Positions 1 through 13,200 of a DNA stretch of 64,000 nt are shown here, in pieces. The stretch lies in NCBI RefSeq assembly GCF_963676685.1, contig NC_092347.1, positions 70,804,001 to 70,868,000 of the forward strand. Reading direction: 5' to 3'. This DNA is from Mytilus edulis (taxonomy: Eukaryota). Each line of letters starts with the position of its first letter. The first letter of the stretch is position 1. Made by a program: the position numbers and the translations under genes. The notes under the pieces are model-generated. The model saw only the letters and a program-made list of their open reading frames with translations, ran no database searches and was not told the origin of the DNA.

Positions 1-706
1 TTAAAGATTGCATATTTTGGCGTTAATATTGAATCACTGATAAGGTCTTTGCGTCGGAACTAAACACATTTATTCTAAAAACAGTTGTTGGCATGACACG
101 GGTTATGTTCTTCTCATATATGTTATGATGGTATGATACTAAACCCCTTACGGGAAGGATTGTGCCTGATGTTCATATGATGAAATCATAATCTTTCAGT
201 CAGTTTAATTGAAGTCTGGAGCTGGCATGTCAGTTAACTGCTAGTAGTCTGTTGTTATTTATGTATTATTGTCATTTTGTTTATTTTCTTTGGTTACATC
301 TTCTGACATCAGACTCGGACTTCTCTTGAACTGAATTTTAATGTGCGTATTGTTATGCTTTTACTTTTCTACACTGGTTAGAGGTATAGGGGGAGGGTTG
401 AGATCTCACAAACATGTTTAACCCCGCCGCATTTTTTGCGCCTGTCCCAAGTCAAGAGCATCTGGCCTTTGTTAGTCTTGTATTATTTAAATTTTAGTTT
501 CTTGTGTACAATTTGGAAATTAGTATGGCGTTCATTATCACTGAACTAGTATATATTTGTTTAGGGGCCAGCTGAAGGACGCCTCCGGGTGCGGGAATTT
601 CTCGCTACATTGAAGACCTGTTGGTGACCTTCTGCTGTTGTGTTTTTTTATTTTGGTCGGGTTGTTGTCTCTTTGACACATTCCCCATTTCCATTCTCAA
701 TTTTAT
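1..706 (+). repeat. Abundant interspersed repeat (retroelement 3'-tail-like), truncated by the window edge
   Basis: Positions ~360-706 are near-identical, inverted, to 12827-13165. Shares the AACCCCGCC..CCTGTCCCAAGTCAGGAG core with other repeats in the window. Confidence 0.75.
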
Positions 707-897
707 CTTATCCCAGGCATAGATTACCTTAGCCGTATTTGGCACAACTTTTTGGAATTTTGGATCCTCAATGCTCTTCAACTTTGTACTTGTTTGGATT
801 TATTAATATTTTGATATGAGCGTCACTGATGAGTCTTATGTAGACAAAACGCGCGTCTGGCGTACTAAATTATAATCCTGGTGCCTTTGATAGCTAT
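707..897 (+). mobile_element. Retrozyme-like repeat fragment with minimal type I hammerhead motif (818-865; GAAA mutated to AAAA)
   Basis: gagcgtca-CTGATGA-gtct.tatgt.agac-aAAA-cgcgcg-TC-tggcgt; homologous to 13420-13631, 46647-46897 and 60620-61280. Confidence 0.8.
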
Positions 898-1731
898 ATT
901 CATACAGGAACTTCTTATGAAAAAAGATAAGAAGTTAGCAATATCCTTTAACTTTAAGTTCCATTATATAGATGACCTTTCTCACTAAATAATACAAAAT
1001 TTGGTGACTACATGTATTTTGAACTAATCTATCCCATCGAATTAGAGATAAAGAATACTACAGATACAATTGAGTGTGCCTCATATCTTGACTTACATCT
1101 AGAAATTGACAATGAGGATCGGTTGAAAACTAAACTTTACGACAAAAGAGATGATTTCAGTTTCTCAATTATGAACTTTCCATTTCTATGTAGCAACATT
1201 CCAGCAGCGTCTACATAAGGAGCATACATCTCCAAATCGATACGATATTTCGGGCCTTGGTTTTCCTACCATGATTTCCTTAATAGAGGATTGCTGCTCA
1301 CAAGTAGCCATTAAACCAAGAGGTCCAAATGGTGAATTTGAAATCATCCCTTCGTAAATTTTACGGACGCCATCACAAGTTGGTTGACCGTTATGGAATC
1401 ACCTTTTCACAGATGATATCGGATATGTTCCTTATGTCGTAACTAAAATAGCATTCCCTTTTCACGAATGCGACCTACCTGAGTTGTAATAACATAATCA
1501 ACACGACTTGGGCCACATGTGAAGCAGAATCTGCTTACCCTTCATGAGCACCTGAGATCAACCCCAGTTTTGGTGGGCTTCGTGTTGCTTAGTCTCTAGT
1601 TTTCTATGTTGTGTCTTCTGTACTATTATTTGTCTGTCTGTTTGTCTTTCTTTTTTTTTAGCCATGGCGTTATCAGTTTAGTTTCGATCTATGAGTTGAC
1701 TATCCTTCTGGTATCTTTGGTCACTCTTATT
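898..1731 (+). mobile_element. Decayed Penelope-like reverse transcriptase, 3' fragment
   Basis: YIDD motif at ~966-977, then SYLDLHLEID..TKLYDKRDDF..NFPFLCSNIP; frameshifts and stops. Same family as 45910-47821. Confidence 0.75.
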
Positions 1732-2342
1732 CATATCAAATTGACATATAATTGGTTTAAAATAGATAAATTTTGTAAAGGTAATTTTAAGATTTAGATG
1801 TATACACTAGATCTAGTCATAGTCAATAAAAGAAGTAATAGCATGCTGACAATTCGTGCAGATTGTAAGAAAAAAAAATACTATTTTCTAAACACGACAA
1901 AATCATCGGAAAAACAGAAACCTTTCCCACCAAATAGCAACGATTGTCAGATTCATTTTATAACTTTTTTTAATTGCCGTTACGTGATCGAGTTACATAT
2001 AATAAAAAGTTTTACAAATAATACCCGAAGTAGAAAAAAAGTAGCACAGCTATTTTAGCACAACTATTTCTATAGTATAGAGAAAAAAGTCTACATATAC
2101 TGTGTATAAATGGAACAAGTTAAATGACACATAAGAATGCAATTTGGATTTAAATCGTAGATTATATGGTTCAAGAGTATACGTTTGACGGGTAAGACAA
2201 CAACCTTTATCAAGTGTTATGATACGCGGAAACTGAATAGTTTTAAGAATAATATTGAATAAAACGCGCATCATCAAGTGATATTACTTTATAAATTTTA
2301 GTGTGATTGAAATCAAACCATAACAATGAAATATATGTAGTA

Positions 2343-3655
2343 CAAGTACACACCCGTGATATCGCGGGTCCGTGACTGACTTAAAGTATATAACTATGCC
2401 TAAGCCTTATTTTAGTAATTGGTATTGTCATCTGATAAAGTCATGTCGATTATAAGATACACAGTTTTTTTTGCTTTCAAATCTTTCTGTTTGAACCCGT
2501 CGAATTATTGGTAATAGTAATTATTTGGAAAACAGAAGGTCCTAGCTATCCAGGAATGGAGTATTTTTTAATCAACAGCATTGTCCTGTATTAGTTATCT
2601 TAGAAAGTCTTGCTGATTGCTGAATAAAACTACAATAAGGAACAATTTGACAATGTTAGAACTTAGTAGTGTCAGCCCTTTGATTATGACCCGTGTATAT
2701 AGCAAAATCCTAAATACACCGTTTGGCGGTGCGCCTGTCAAATGCGGAACGTACAGATAATGTAATAGCTAAGGTAGCAATAAACAGTTAGGAAAAAATA
2801 TTAAAATTTGCCCTTATAAATTTTACCATCCCCTTTTCATTGCTTTCTTGCAATATCAAGCTTACTGTTTGTGTCATATATGGGCATATGTATGTAATCA
2901 GAATCTTCCATAGATTTTATATCCAGTATATAAAATGGTAAAATATAATTTCTTTCGGGTGTATCCATGGCAACAATCTGCATTTATTTGTTATAAAATA
3001 TTGCAAAAAAGGGGGAAAAGATGTCACATATTTCCCCAAAATTTGGCTAAAAGTAGAATTTCAATCGCTTGAAGTAATACCTTTTCTGAAACTGTGTACA
3101 TATATCATTCAGCAAATCCAAGGAAAATCATGTCTTTCATCTCATTTTTTTGTAAAATTGCGTCAAAAACTTCGTGTAGAAAAAAAAATGTTTGTAAACA
3201 TTACATCAATTTCTGGACCGATGGCCGGTCTAACTATGAAAATACGGATTGTCAAACAGAAAACAGCCCATAAAACATGTAAAAAATAATCTTGATGCAC
3301 TTATAAACCACCTTTGAATGCTAAATTAGCACTCAGCTGTCTAAAAATGAATTTTATTACACAATAACTTTCCTGTTTGAAAAATCCACAGGGGCCAAAA
3401 TGCGAAACTAAACTCCTAACTGTGTATTGCTACCTAACAGGTGAATATACTATTGGTATCAGTATCGGATTCGACCCGGAACTTGTTAATTATTGGCAAT
3501 ATTAATTATGTGGAAAACAAAAGGGTCTGGAGTGGTGTAATTTTTAATCTACACCATTGTCCTATATTAGTTCTATATAGAGTTGAATTCTTTGATTTGT
3601 CGTTTTTACCCGATGACGGCTGACAAATTTGACCTCGTAATTTTAGTATTATAGA
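2343..3655 (-). mobile_element. Non-autonomous Helitron
   Basis: On the minus strand it starts A|TCTATAATACT and ends with the hairpin ACCCGCGATATCACGGGT followed by CTTG|T (degenerate CTAG). Inserted in an AT dinucleotide with no TSD. Confidence 0.7.
2773..3434. mobile_element. PIF/Harbinger-like MITE nested in the Helitron
   Basis: TIRs GGTAGCAATAAACAGTTAGG / CCTAACTGTGTATTGCTACC with TAA on both sides. Confidence 0.75.
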
Positions 3656-4109
3656 TACAATAAGAGTGCCATCTGAACATGAATGTTTCATCATATTTGT
3701 TTTTAATAGCTGTTTTTTCTATATATGTTTACTTCATTTGATCACAAAAAAAAAAAAAAAAATACACCCCACGCATTCTTCCCCAAACAAGTTATATGTT
3801 TCTTTTTAATCAAATATAAACGCTCATTCTGCACCAGAGTTTAACATTCTTATGTCGCCACTAAATACCATCCTTATTTTTAAGCATTTGCCATTCTTCA
3901 AATATCTTCAAATGAAAATTGCGATATCGGAGCATAGCGTATATAACAGTGTTTATTTAGCCTCTCTTTTAATATTTTGCTAATCGTTTATTATTCTTTT
4001 TTTTTTAGAAAATCACTATTTTAAATGATTTCATAATTTTAAAGCATTGAAATTGCAGACAAGCAAATAAATAAAAAGAGACATATTATCCCCATCATTC
4101 AAACGGCAT

Positions 4110-4231
4110 TTAATGTTTTGGTGAATAGTATATGAAGTCAACTGCATATCCCTCCATTGCCCGGTGATACAGTTTTTCGAACAGTTCATTTTGTTCCACT
4201 GTAAACCAGTTTTCCCAGTCTCCAATTATTC
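4110..4231 (-). CDS. SULT copy C exon 6 (terminal)
   Basis: GIIGDWENWFTVEQNELFEKLYHRAMEGYAVDFIYYSPKH*. Confidence 0.9.
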
Positions 4232-7200
4232 CTAAAATGAAACGAAAAAATTCAATTTATCAATATATTTTTAACTATTATAAATGATAACTGTCTGTTA
4301 TACAATGGAAAGTTTTTATATATAGCTTATTATACGGTATGGGTTTTGAAGTCTTTACTGTTACCCATTGCTTACAGTCATGGTCATTGGTCCCTAATAA
4401 ATAGTACCCTTTTTAGCAATCACATCGATTCACCTGAATTGCATACATATTTCTATGTTGTGATGTTACACTATTGTTTCAGGTAAAGGCGAAGGTTGGT
4501 ACCTATTAAAACCGCTGCATTTGTTTGCGTCTTTCCTACGGCAGAAACCTGATCTTAAGTGGTTGTCGTTTGTTAATGGGGTTCAAACATATTTTTCGTA
4601 TCTCGTTTTTTATACAGATAAGACTGTTGGTTTCCCCATTGAAATAATTTTGCACTAGTCATTTTTTGGGCCCTTCATAGCCTATTGTTCGGGGTGAGCC
4701 AAAGCTCCGTGTTAAAGAGCTAAGGCTTTGTCTTGAAGAGCGTGCTTTGACCTATAATGGTTCACGTTTACGAATAATTACTTGGGTGGAAAGTTGTTTC
4801 ATTGACACTCTTACCTCATCTTCTTAAATCTAAATAAATATATTACGTGTCTCTGGTATGGGTATTCAATACACAACTTCAATAGTTTTTAAGGAAGATT
4901 TTTGTATTGGATTTGATAAAACCATTGTAATATCATAACTTCATTTCAAGCTTAAAAAGATCACGGTTTGTATTAGTTTACGCAACTGCATGTACTTAAG
5001 CTCTGTCATCAACACACATCCATTAAGATAATATTACGTATATTAATCAAATTTATCATTTGTTGCTTAAAAGTTACTTTTTGTGTATAGTTTCTTTTCA
5101 AACTTAGCCTTTTGATTTTCGATTAAAGGGTAAATATGAAACTTTACAGTGAAAAGTTTTAAGTAGATACCACTATATTTTAATAAGATAGAAAAGCTGA
5201 AATCGACATCACCAAAATACGGCACAGTAGAACAGACAACATTTGAATTCTTCTAAGAAACATACTTAGCCAAACTTGAAGACCAATGTTTTTACCTTTT
5301 CGCCATAGTGTTGATCGGCCTTCAGGGTGTATAGATACTGTGGTGTCAATCTTATTCTTTTTCAAATTTTCAAAAGCACATTTATCTGCGATTTCTTTGA
5401 TAAAACTGTCGTCAACTGAAATACCAAGAAACGATGCCATTTCCAGAAGAGTTGAAATAGTTGCCTAAAAGAAAACTTGAAACATATACATTGAATAGAT
5501 ACATTATTTGTTATGCATACAATAATAAAATTATTATAATTATTAGTTATTCTACGAAATCTCTTTTTATCAAACTTGTAACCTCTCAGTTTAATGTACA
5601 TTGTTTAACATTATCTTCTCGTCTAAGACACTTTGAAGTTGACTTTATGGCATTAATTTTGAACATATTTCATTGATTATAACCACATATGATTGGCTGT
5701 AAAAGGCCTCGACATGAAAAATATGAAACTATTCAATTGAGAAAACTTACGGTATAATTTAAAAAAACAAAACCAATTTACGAAAATAAATACAACAGAC
5801 ACGAACAATATCAACCACTGAACTACATGCTCCTGAGATAAGTCAGGCACGAACAAAATGTGGCACGGTTAAACATGTATGAAGGTGATATCCCTGCCCA
5901 TAACCTTGGACAAGAGTGTAAAACATTCCTTCGTATGAATATTAAAATATAATCATTATGATCTATGACTCTTTAAGATTATGTTTGCGTTCTATCATAT
6001 GCTGCATCAATTACGTTTACGCGATGAGAAACCAAAAAAAGAGTAGGTGTATGTCCTCACCTTTGCTCCTTTAAAACAATTGAAATATCATGGTTTTTTT
6101 TACGATATATACATTTCAGCATAAAATCGTCTAAAACAATTTTCGACTCAGTCCGCTTAGCTGTATATACTCATATGACCGATAGATGCGGAAATGCAGG
6201 TACTATTTTCAACACAGATATATATGTACTGCCGTTGCATAATTATAGATCCGAATGTGATACTATGAACATCACTGTTTCAGTCATCTAAGGACAACAG
6301 TTTATGTAGATAAGGTATGATTTCAATTTGTATAATTTTCTACGTAAGGCACATCCTCTATATTCAATAAATATAGGTTATACATCCATCCGTCTACGTT
6401 AAAAAAGATTCAACAAATAACGACAGGAGCAAGGTCAATTTTTCTTTTCAAATATCAAAAAAACAATTCTTGCCATAATTTACAATCCACAAAATATCTA
6501 AACTAATTATATATTTTGTAAAAACAGTTCGTTTGAAATAATAAAAAAAAACTGACATGGGCTGATCCCCGAACATTGATATTAAACTTCTGGTTAACGT
6601 CAATTTTGAATACTAGTAGAATGATTTGTCGTTACCAATGCCTAAACGAAGTCTTCGTAAAAGCAATTTCAATTCAAAATACGTTTGTACGTCTACGTCA
6701 AATGAATGTTATGAAAAGTTTTGAATTAGTTTTGACTTACAATCTTTAGTTTTTCGAAAGTGACTGGTAATATACTTCCTCTTTTTTCAACTATTGCTTT
6801 CTCAAATTGTTTAGTAAAGGTAAACCATCCACCGTATATATTATCTGAAATTAAACAAAATTATTTTGAATAAAGGTAGATTTCGCAAGGATTCAATAAC
6901 AAATTGTATTTTGCACTCATCTTTTCTCGTATATTTATTTATTCGAAATTATACGTACTACCAAGATAATAAATTGTTTTAAAAACTTTTTTTGACATAT
7001 TCTGAATCAAACATTAAAGTCAGAAAATATGTTTATATCTTAATCACTGCGCCTGGTATTTTTTATTTGTCTATTTATGATGAATATCCTACAACAAGTT
7101 TGTTTAAAAATGTTTCTCCTGTTATACGGCTTGGAAATTCTGTTCAATTCGTTGCAGGCATTATTCTGCATTATCATTCGTATCTTCTTGTACTGCTTAT

Positions 7201-10200
7201 AACGTGAAGGTATGAGATTATTTAAGGTGAAGTCATCAATATTAGGGTTTATGATATCATAATTTTAATCAGCATGTTAACTATGCTGAGGTTAATTTCA
7301 GCTTTACCAGTATTGGAATACAATGTACAATTTTCTTTTAACGTGTGTGAATTTAAATATCTGCATTAATGTTAATTCCTTAATTGTATGTTCCTTTCGT
7401 TACAAAATATTTAGAAATTTAAAGAAGATTATGACTTTTTTTTTTAAATCCTGTGAAACTGTATCACATGTTCATGTCATTGTCCTGATTCATGTTATAT
7501 GATATCAAATTAACATCAAAACGACGTTCTGATTGGATAACAGCGTCCTGAAGAATGAAAATTCAAATGTAAAAACTTTATATTCGTTTTAATTTACGAA
7601 CAAAGAAATTACTTATTGTCCAGTAAATAATGAATCGGTGAATAGACAAAAAAAAAAAAAAAATAAAAAAAAAAAACAACACCCGATCTGATATTATTAT
7701 GGATACTAATTGTATTTTAAGGTCCTTTTTGGCAACGTTTTCGGTTCTCAGACAATCTTGGCCTTCAAATATTTGGCTTTTAGCGTTCCCGATGAAGGAA
7801 AGCTCCAAGGACGCAACAAATTTATAACTTGTTTTTTTTCTAATGCACCAGATGCTCATTTTTATAATTCATGTCTCTTTACTGGTGTATCAATGCACAG
7901 ACTTATAACATATCTAAACTTAGTTGTAATGTTATGTAATATATGTGCATATGTTTTGAAACGGCAAATTCCATAGATTTCATTAACAATTGTTTAAACA
8001 GTGGAAAATGTTCTTTTGTGTGCAACCTTTGCAACAATTTTCATTTATTTGTTACAATGAATGAAAAAATTGAGGGATGAGAGTGTCTCACGTGCCCTCC
8101 CCCCAAAAAAAAACCCAAGTCCAAATGAGACTTTTAATCGATAGCCAATCCTATTCTGAAATCATTGACATGCATTTATCAAGAGATAGAATACAAACCA
8201 TAATGTAATTCACCTCATTTTTCAATTAAATTGCATTGAAAATTTCGAGCGAACAACACATGTTTGAAAACATAACAATAATTTCTGGACCTATGTGCTG
8301 TACGAATGAGAAAATAACCCGGACTGTAAAAAAGAGAAAAATGCCACTCAAATATACAAAACAAATCTTGACGTTCATACAAACCAACTTTGAATGCTAT
8401 ATCTTATACTTCTACTATCTAAAAACTATTTTTTCCTCACAATCTTTTATTTTCGAAAATTAACCGGTACTAAAATGCAGTATCAAACTTCTATTAATAC
8501 CTGATTCTGGAGGCCAAACTATTTAAAGACTTAAATCTAATACAAACGTTGAAGATATGAAAAAGCAGAGGGGACGGCAAAAGAAAACCAAAACCAGAAA
8601 AGGAGTATTTCTATATGAATAATACCTATGCCGTTGATATGGTGTTTCTTTTTGTTTGAAAATGCTTTTAGAACAGTGTATACAATTGTTTAACAAAAAC
8701 GCACACAGGAGTTAAATATATAGATAAATTGAGACATTACCATTGACAACGAATTTTTCAAAAAACTCATTCCATGTCATTGGAGGTACTCCTGTCTTTC
8801 CTTGTAAAAATAAATATTGGGAAACAGCTCTGTCTTTTGGGTTTCTGTTCAGATAGATAATTTTGTAACCATTTTCAACGTGCTTTCTTGGCAGATACTC
8901 CATTGGCAAATGTGTGTGGAAGAATCTTGGACTGTTCATTTTCTCCAGTCGGTCCCAGTCACTTTGACATTCAAAGTTACAAAAATTCAGTTCACCATGG
9001 CTGTTATATTCAGTCGTCCGATGTAAAAGCATGGACACTATTTCATGTACCCAATGTGTACCTTTGATAAATTAAAAAAAAAAGACACACATAACATTTA
9101 TATTTTTGTTTATCTCAATGTCCATTAGAGAAAAAGAAAACATCCGTTCATTGAGTTAGAAAACTTCGCCTCTCTCAAATTTTAGAATTTTATTGTCATT
9201 TTAACACGGCTGGTAATCTATGTATATATATATATATAGCTACACACGCAGAACAACTGATTCTGTAATGAAAACCGTGAGAGGATTTTCCGGTTGTGCT
9301 TGAATGGAATAATTGTCACCGCTTCAAAAGGTATGTACTTTTCTAAATCGCAATTTTCTAATTCTACTGATCAAATTATTGAAAATCGGAGAATGCTATG
9401 CTGTGGGAAATACTTTCACGAAGAGATACATGGATCATTTACTGTAGTCCATAGAGTAAAACTCATACAAAATCAATCGTCCCACAAGTAATTGCCGAAC
9501 AAAGTGGCAGTTGAATTCTCAGATGGTTCTATTTACAGACCTACAGGTTCATTTTTTTTTGCAGTCAACGGGATTGAATGTCGTTTTTGGCTGCGTGTAC
9601 GCTGTCCGAAATTAATAGACTTCCTAATAATTCTAAAAACTTCAAATATTCATTATTTCATGCGTGAGGGAATAGGTCCAGATTGAGGACATCGTGAATA
9701 CGTGAGGGAAAGAGCAAACGTTTTTTTTAATATTATGCATTGTGACCTTTCTTGACTCACTAACTATGATCAATGCTGATTAAAAGCATAGATTTTTCTA
9801 TATACTCTAATAGATGTACACTGATCACTAATTAGATAAAACCAAACTATTAATTGCTTGTTCAATTTCAGGAAATGCCATTATTCAATCATAAATCTTA
9901 AGCGCTTACAGTTACGTTTCCATTCCCATTGTCAATTTAATTTGGTAAAAACTTCAATAAAACTGTGCAAGTTACTAAATTATTTTCTCCGTCGTTTCAC
10001 TCCTAAGAAAAGAAAGTTTTTCTGAACAATAAATAGAGTTGTCTATAAAAAAGAAGATGTGGTATGATTGCCAATGAGACAACTATCCACAAAAGACCAA
10101 GTAGACAGCTCTCTCACAAGCAAAAAACCCCTAACTGTAAAAATATATCTGTTTGCTACAAGATCACGTTTAATTTAACACGATCAACATAAATATATAC

Positions 10201-13200
10201 AATCAGGCATACATAAATGCATCAATTTTCACCATAATGATACACAATATAAAAAAGAAGATATGGTATGATTGTCTATGAGACCAAATGATATAGAAAT
10301 TAACAACTATAGTTCCCTGCCTTCAATAAAAAGCAAAGCTCATACCGTATCAGTGATAAATTGCCTCGGAATGTCAAATGTAAAACAATGCAAACGAGAG
10401 AAATGTAATGATTGTTCCATTTTTTTTATACCAAGATATGATAGCACTTCACGTCACGATTTCATGATATCCTCAATCAGAACCGACCTCCTCACGCATA
10501 AGGATTTTAGATTTATTAAGACGTCTAGAAATTTTAGACAGCTTACACGCCGTCAAAATCGACATTCAATAACGTTCACAGAAAAAAACCTAAATTTTAA
10601 CTTGTATGTCTGTTTAAAGAACCATCTCAAAATTAAAAATGTCACTTTTTTTTAGGCAATTACTCGAGGGACGATGGATTTTTAGTTTTACACTATACGC
10701 ACCGGTAAAGTATACATGTATATCTTCGTTAAGGTATTAACCTGCTTCTTCTTCTTCTTTTCTGTAACTTCCTCCTACTAATGAGGAGCACATCCAATAA
10801 GGATTAAAACAGTTTATGGCTTAATAATTTTAGCGTATATATAAAATTTAGTCCTGGTATCTATGATGAGTTTAATTATATACACGGGCACAATATTGTT
10901 AATCATCAATAGGGCTTATACTACACGGGTAAAATTGGCGATGAGATCCATTTAAGAATATAGGACTTTAAAATGCACATACTAAAAGTTTTCATTTTCC
11001 ATAACACATCTATTTACACGATTAAATGTAAACAGTTCCCGGCAATTGGAATTTTTACAGTTAAAATATTGTTGATGTATTGAATCAACACAACATAGCA
11101 AGACCAGTTTAGAAATTATGCTATTTAGGTTTTAATGTCAATGAGGCAAGCATAAACAAGCACTGCAAGCCACATAATTAATTTAGCCATTGATGTTATA
11201 CAATCAAGCGTGCAACAGTCCAAGCACGAGGTGAAAATGAAGATTGATAGGCTACGTAAAGATGTAATAAAAATCCACTATTACTACTTTGATTTACTTG
11301 AATTCAGACGTTTCACATGTAGGTCATAACACATCTTTCGAGAGATAGTCTCTATATTGTTCATTAGCTCTGAATCGTGCTGTAAATATTCGGTTGCAAG
11401 TTTTCTGCAGTAATTAATTGACAGATAATGTCTCTATTTCTAAATTTTTCATTCCACTGATCATTTCCAATTTTAAGGATAATTCTCTGTTTTATTGAGC
11501 CAAAATAATTTCTACGAATTCCTTCGAGAGCTAGACATCTGGTGATAAAATGTGTCAGATTTTCATCTTCAGTAAAACAAATAGGGCAAGTTGCATCTAC
11601 ATTTTCGATCCCAAATTTTGCTTTATTACATTGTAACATATAGGTTACTGTAAAAATTCTTGCCACGACAATGGGTCGTTTTGTTTCTCCCGGGATATTA
11701 AGATCTGAGTTCCAAACTGGGTGAGATTCACCAATTTTGATTGAGTTTGTATCTAGACGATTTAATGTTGATTTTTGATCTATTTTCAGTCCTAAAAGTG
11801 TCGTTCCAAAATACTGAGATTGCATATCTTACTGAATGCTTCCAGCTGATTTTTGAAGGTGCATTACCCCATAGTTCTTCTATTGTTGGCAGATTATATT
11901 GCTGTAAAACGGAATCAGTTCTTTCTAAAAATGTACCTTTATTTGTTTGGACACGGAACTGACGTAGTAGAATTTCTTTCAAATTTTGATTTTCAGAAAC
12001 TAAAATGGAGTGGAGAAGGCTCAATTGTCGTTTATGAAGCTCTACTTCAAGAGAAAGAGCACCTAATAGCGAGTAGATCCCTACTGAGGCTGTCCTAGTT
12101 GGCAGTGGTTGAATGTTTCTAAAAAAGGTTAGGTGGAAGTCACTAAGCGCCTTAAGTTGTGTTAAATTCAATGGTAGTACCTCTAGAGTGAAAAGAAGAC
12201 GTGGCAAAATAAATATTTTGTATATATTATAAGGTATGCAGGGGTTTAACCAATTTGTGCCGTGTGCCTCAGTTTGCATTAGTGAGTACGATGTTCTTCT
12301 TGCAAGGCTTATTGTCTTCAATAATTAGCATGTTTTCGTTTTTTGAAGATCTAGTTATTCCTAAATGAGTGGCTCTGTCAGATGTTGTTAAATTCCTTTC
12401 CCCTAAATTCCATGCTGATAGAGACTCCTTGTTTTTTATTTGATGAGTTTGCGTTCTGATTTAATAATACACTTTTAGATGGATGAATTGTGTATTGGTG
12501 TTCATTTGAATAATTGTTGACCGCATTGAGCATTTCTTGCATGTCTTCATCTGAGTTGGATAAAAAGAGAATGTCATCAGCACAGGTTGGGCAACCAGAA
12601 AAAATTGTCCCGATATGAAGCCCTACATTTGACTCTTCCAGTTGAATGAGCAGATCCTCGATATAAATTTTGTAGAAGTGGGTAGAGAGAATACCACCCT
12701 GACGGACTCCTTGATTTATCAGGAAACTAGTGCTGTATTTTCCTTTCCAATTAATTCTGGAAGTTAGATCGTGGTACGTCTCGTAGATGGTCTCCCAGAT
12801 GTCCAGTGGAATATCTCTTTGGAATATAAAATTGAGAATGGAAATGGGGAATGTGTCAAAGAGACAACAACCCGACCAAATAAAAAACAACAGCAGAGGG
12901 TCACCAACAGGTCTTCAATGTAGCGAGAAATTCCCGCACCCGGAGGCGTCCTTCAGCTGGCCCCTAAACAAATATATACTAGTCCAGTGATAATGAACGC
13001 AATACTAATTTCCAAATTGTACACAAGAAACTAAAATTAAAATAATACAAGACTAACAAAGGCCAGAGGCTCCTGACTTGGGACAGGCGCAAAAATGCGG
13101 CGGGGTTAAACATGTTTGTGAGATCTCAACCCTCCCCCTATACCTCTAACCAATGTAGAAAAGTAAATAGCTTGTCCAGGAGTATGTCATGGTTGACAAC

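Noticed and set aside
10272-10655. 127-aa plus-strand ORF
   Set aside because: It starts in an inverted SINE-like fragment, is antisense within a SULT intron, and has no motifs.
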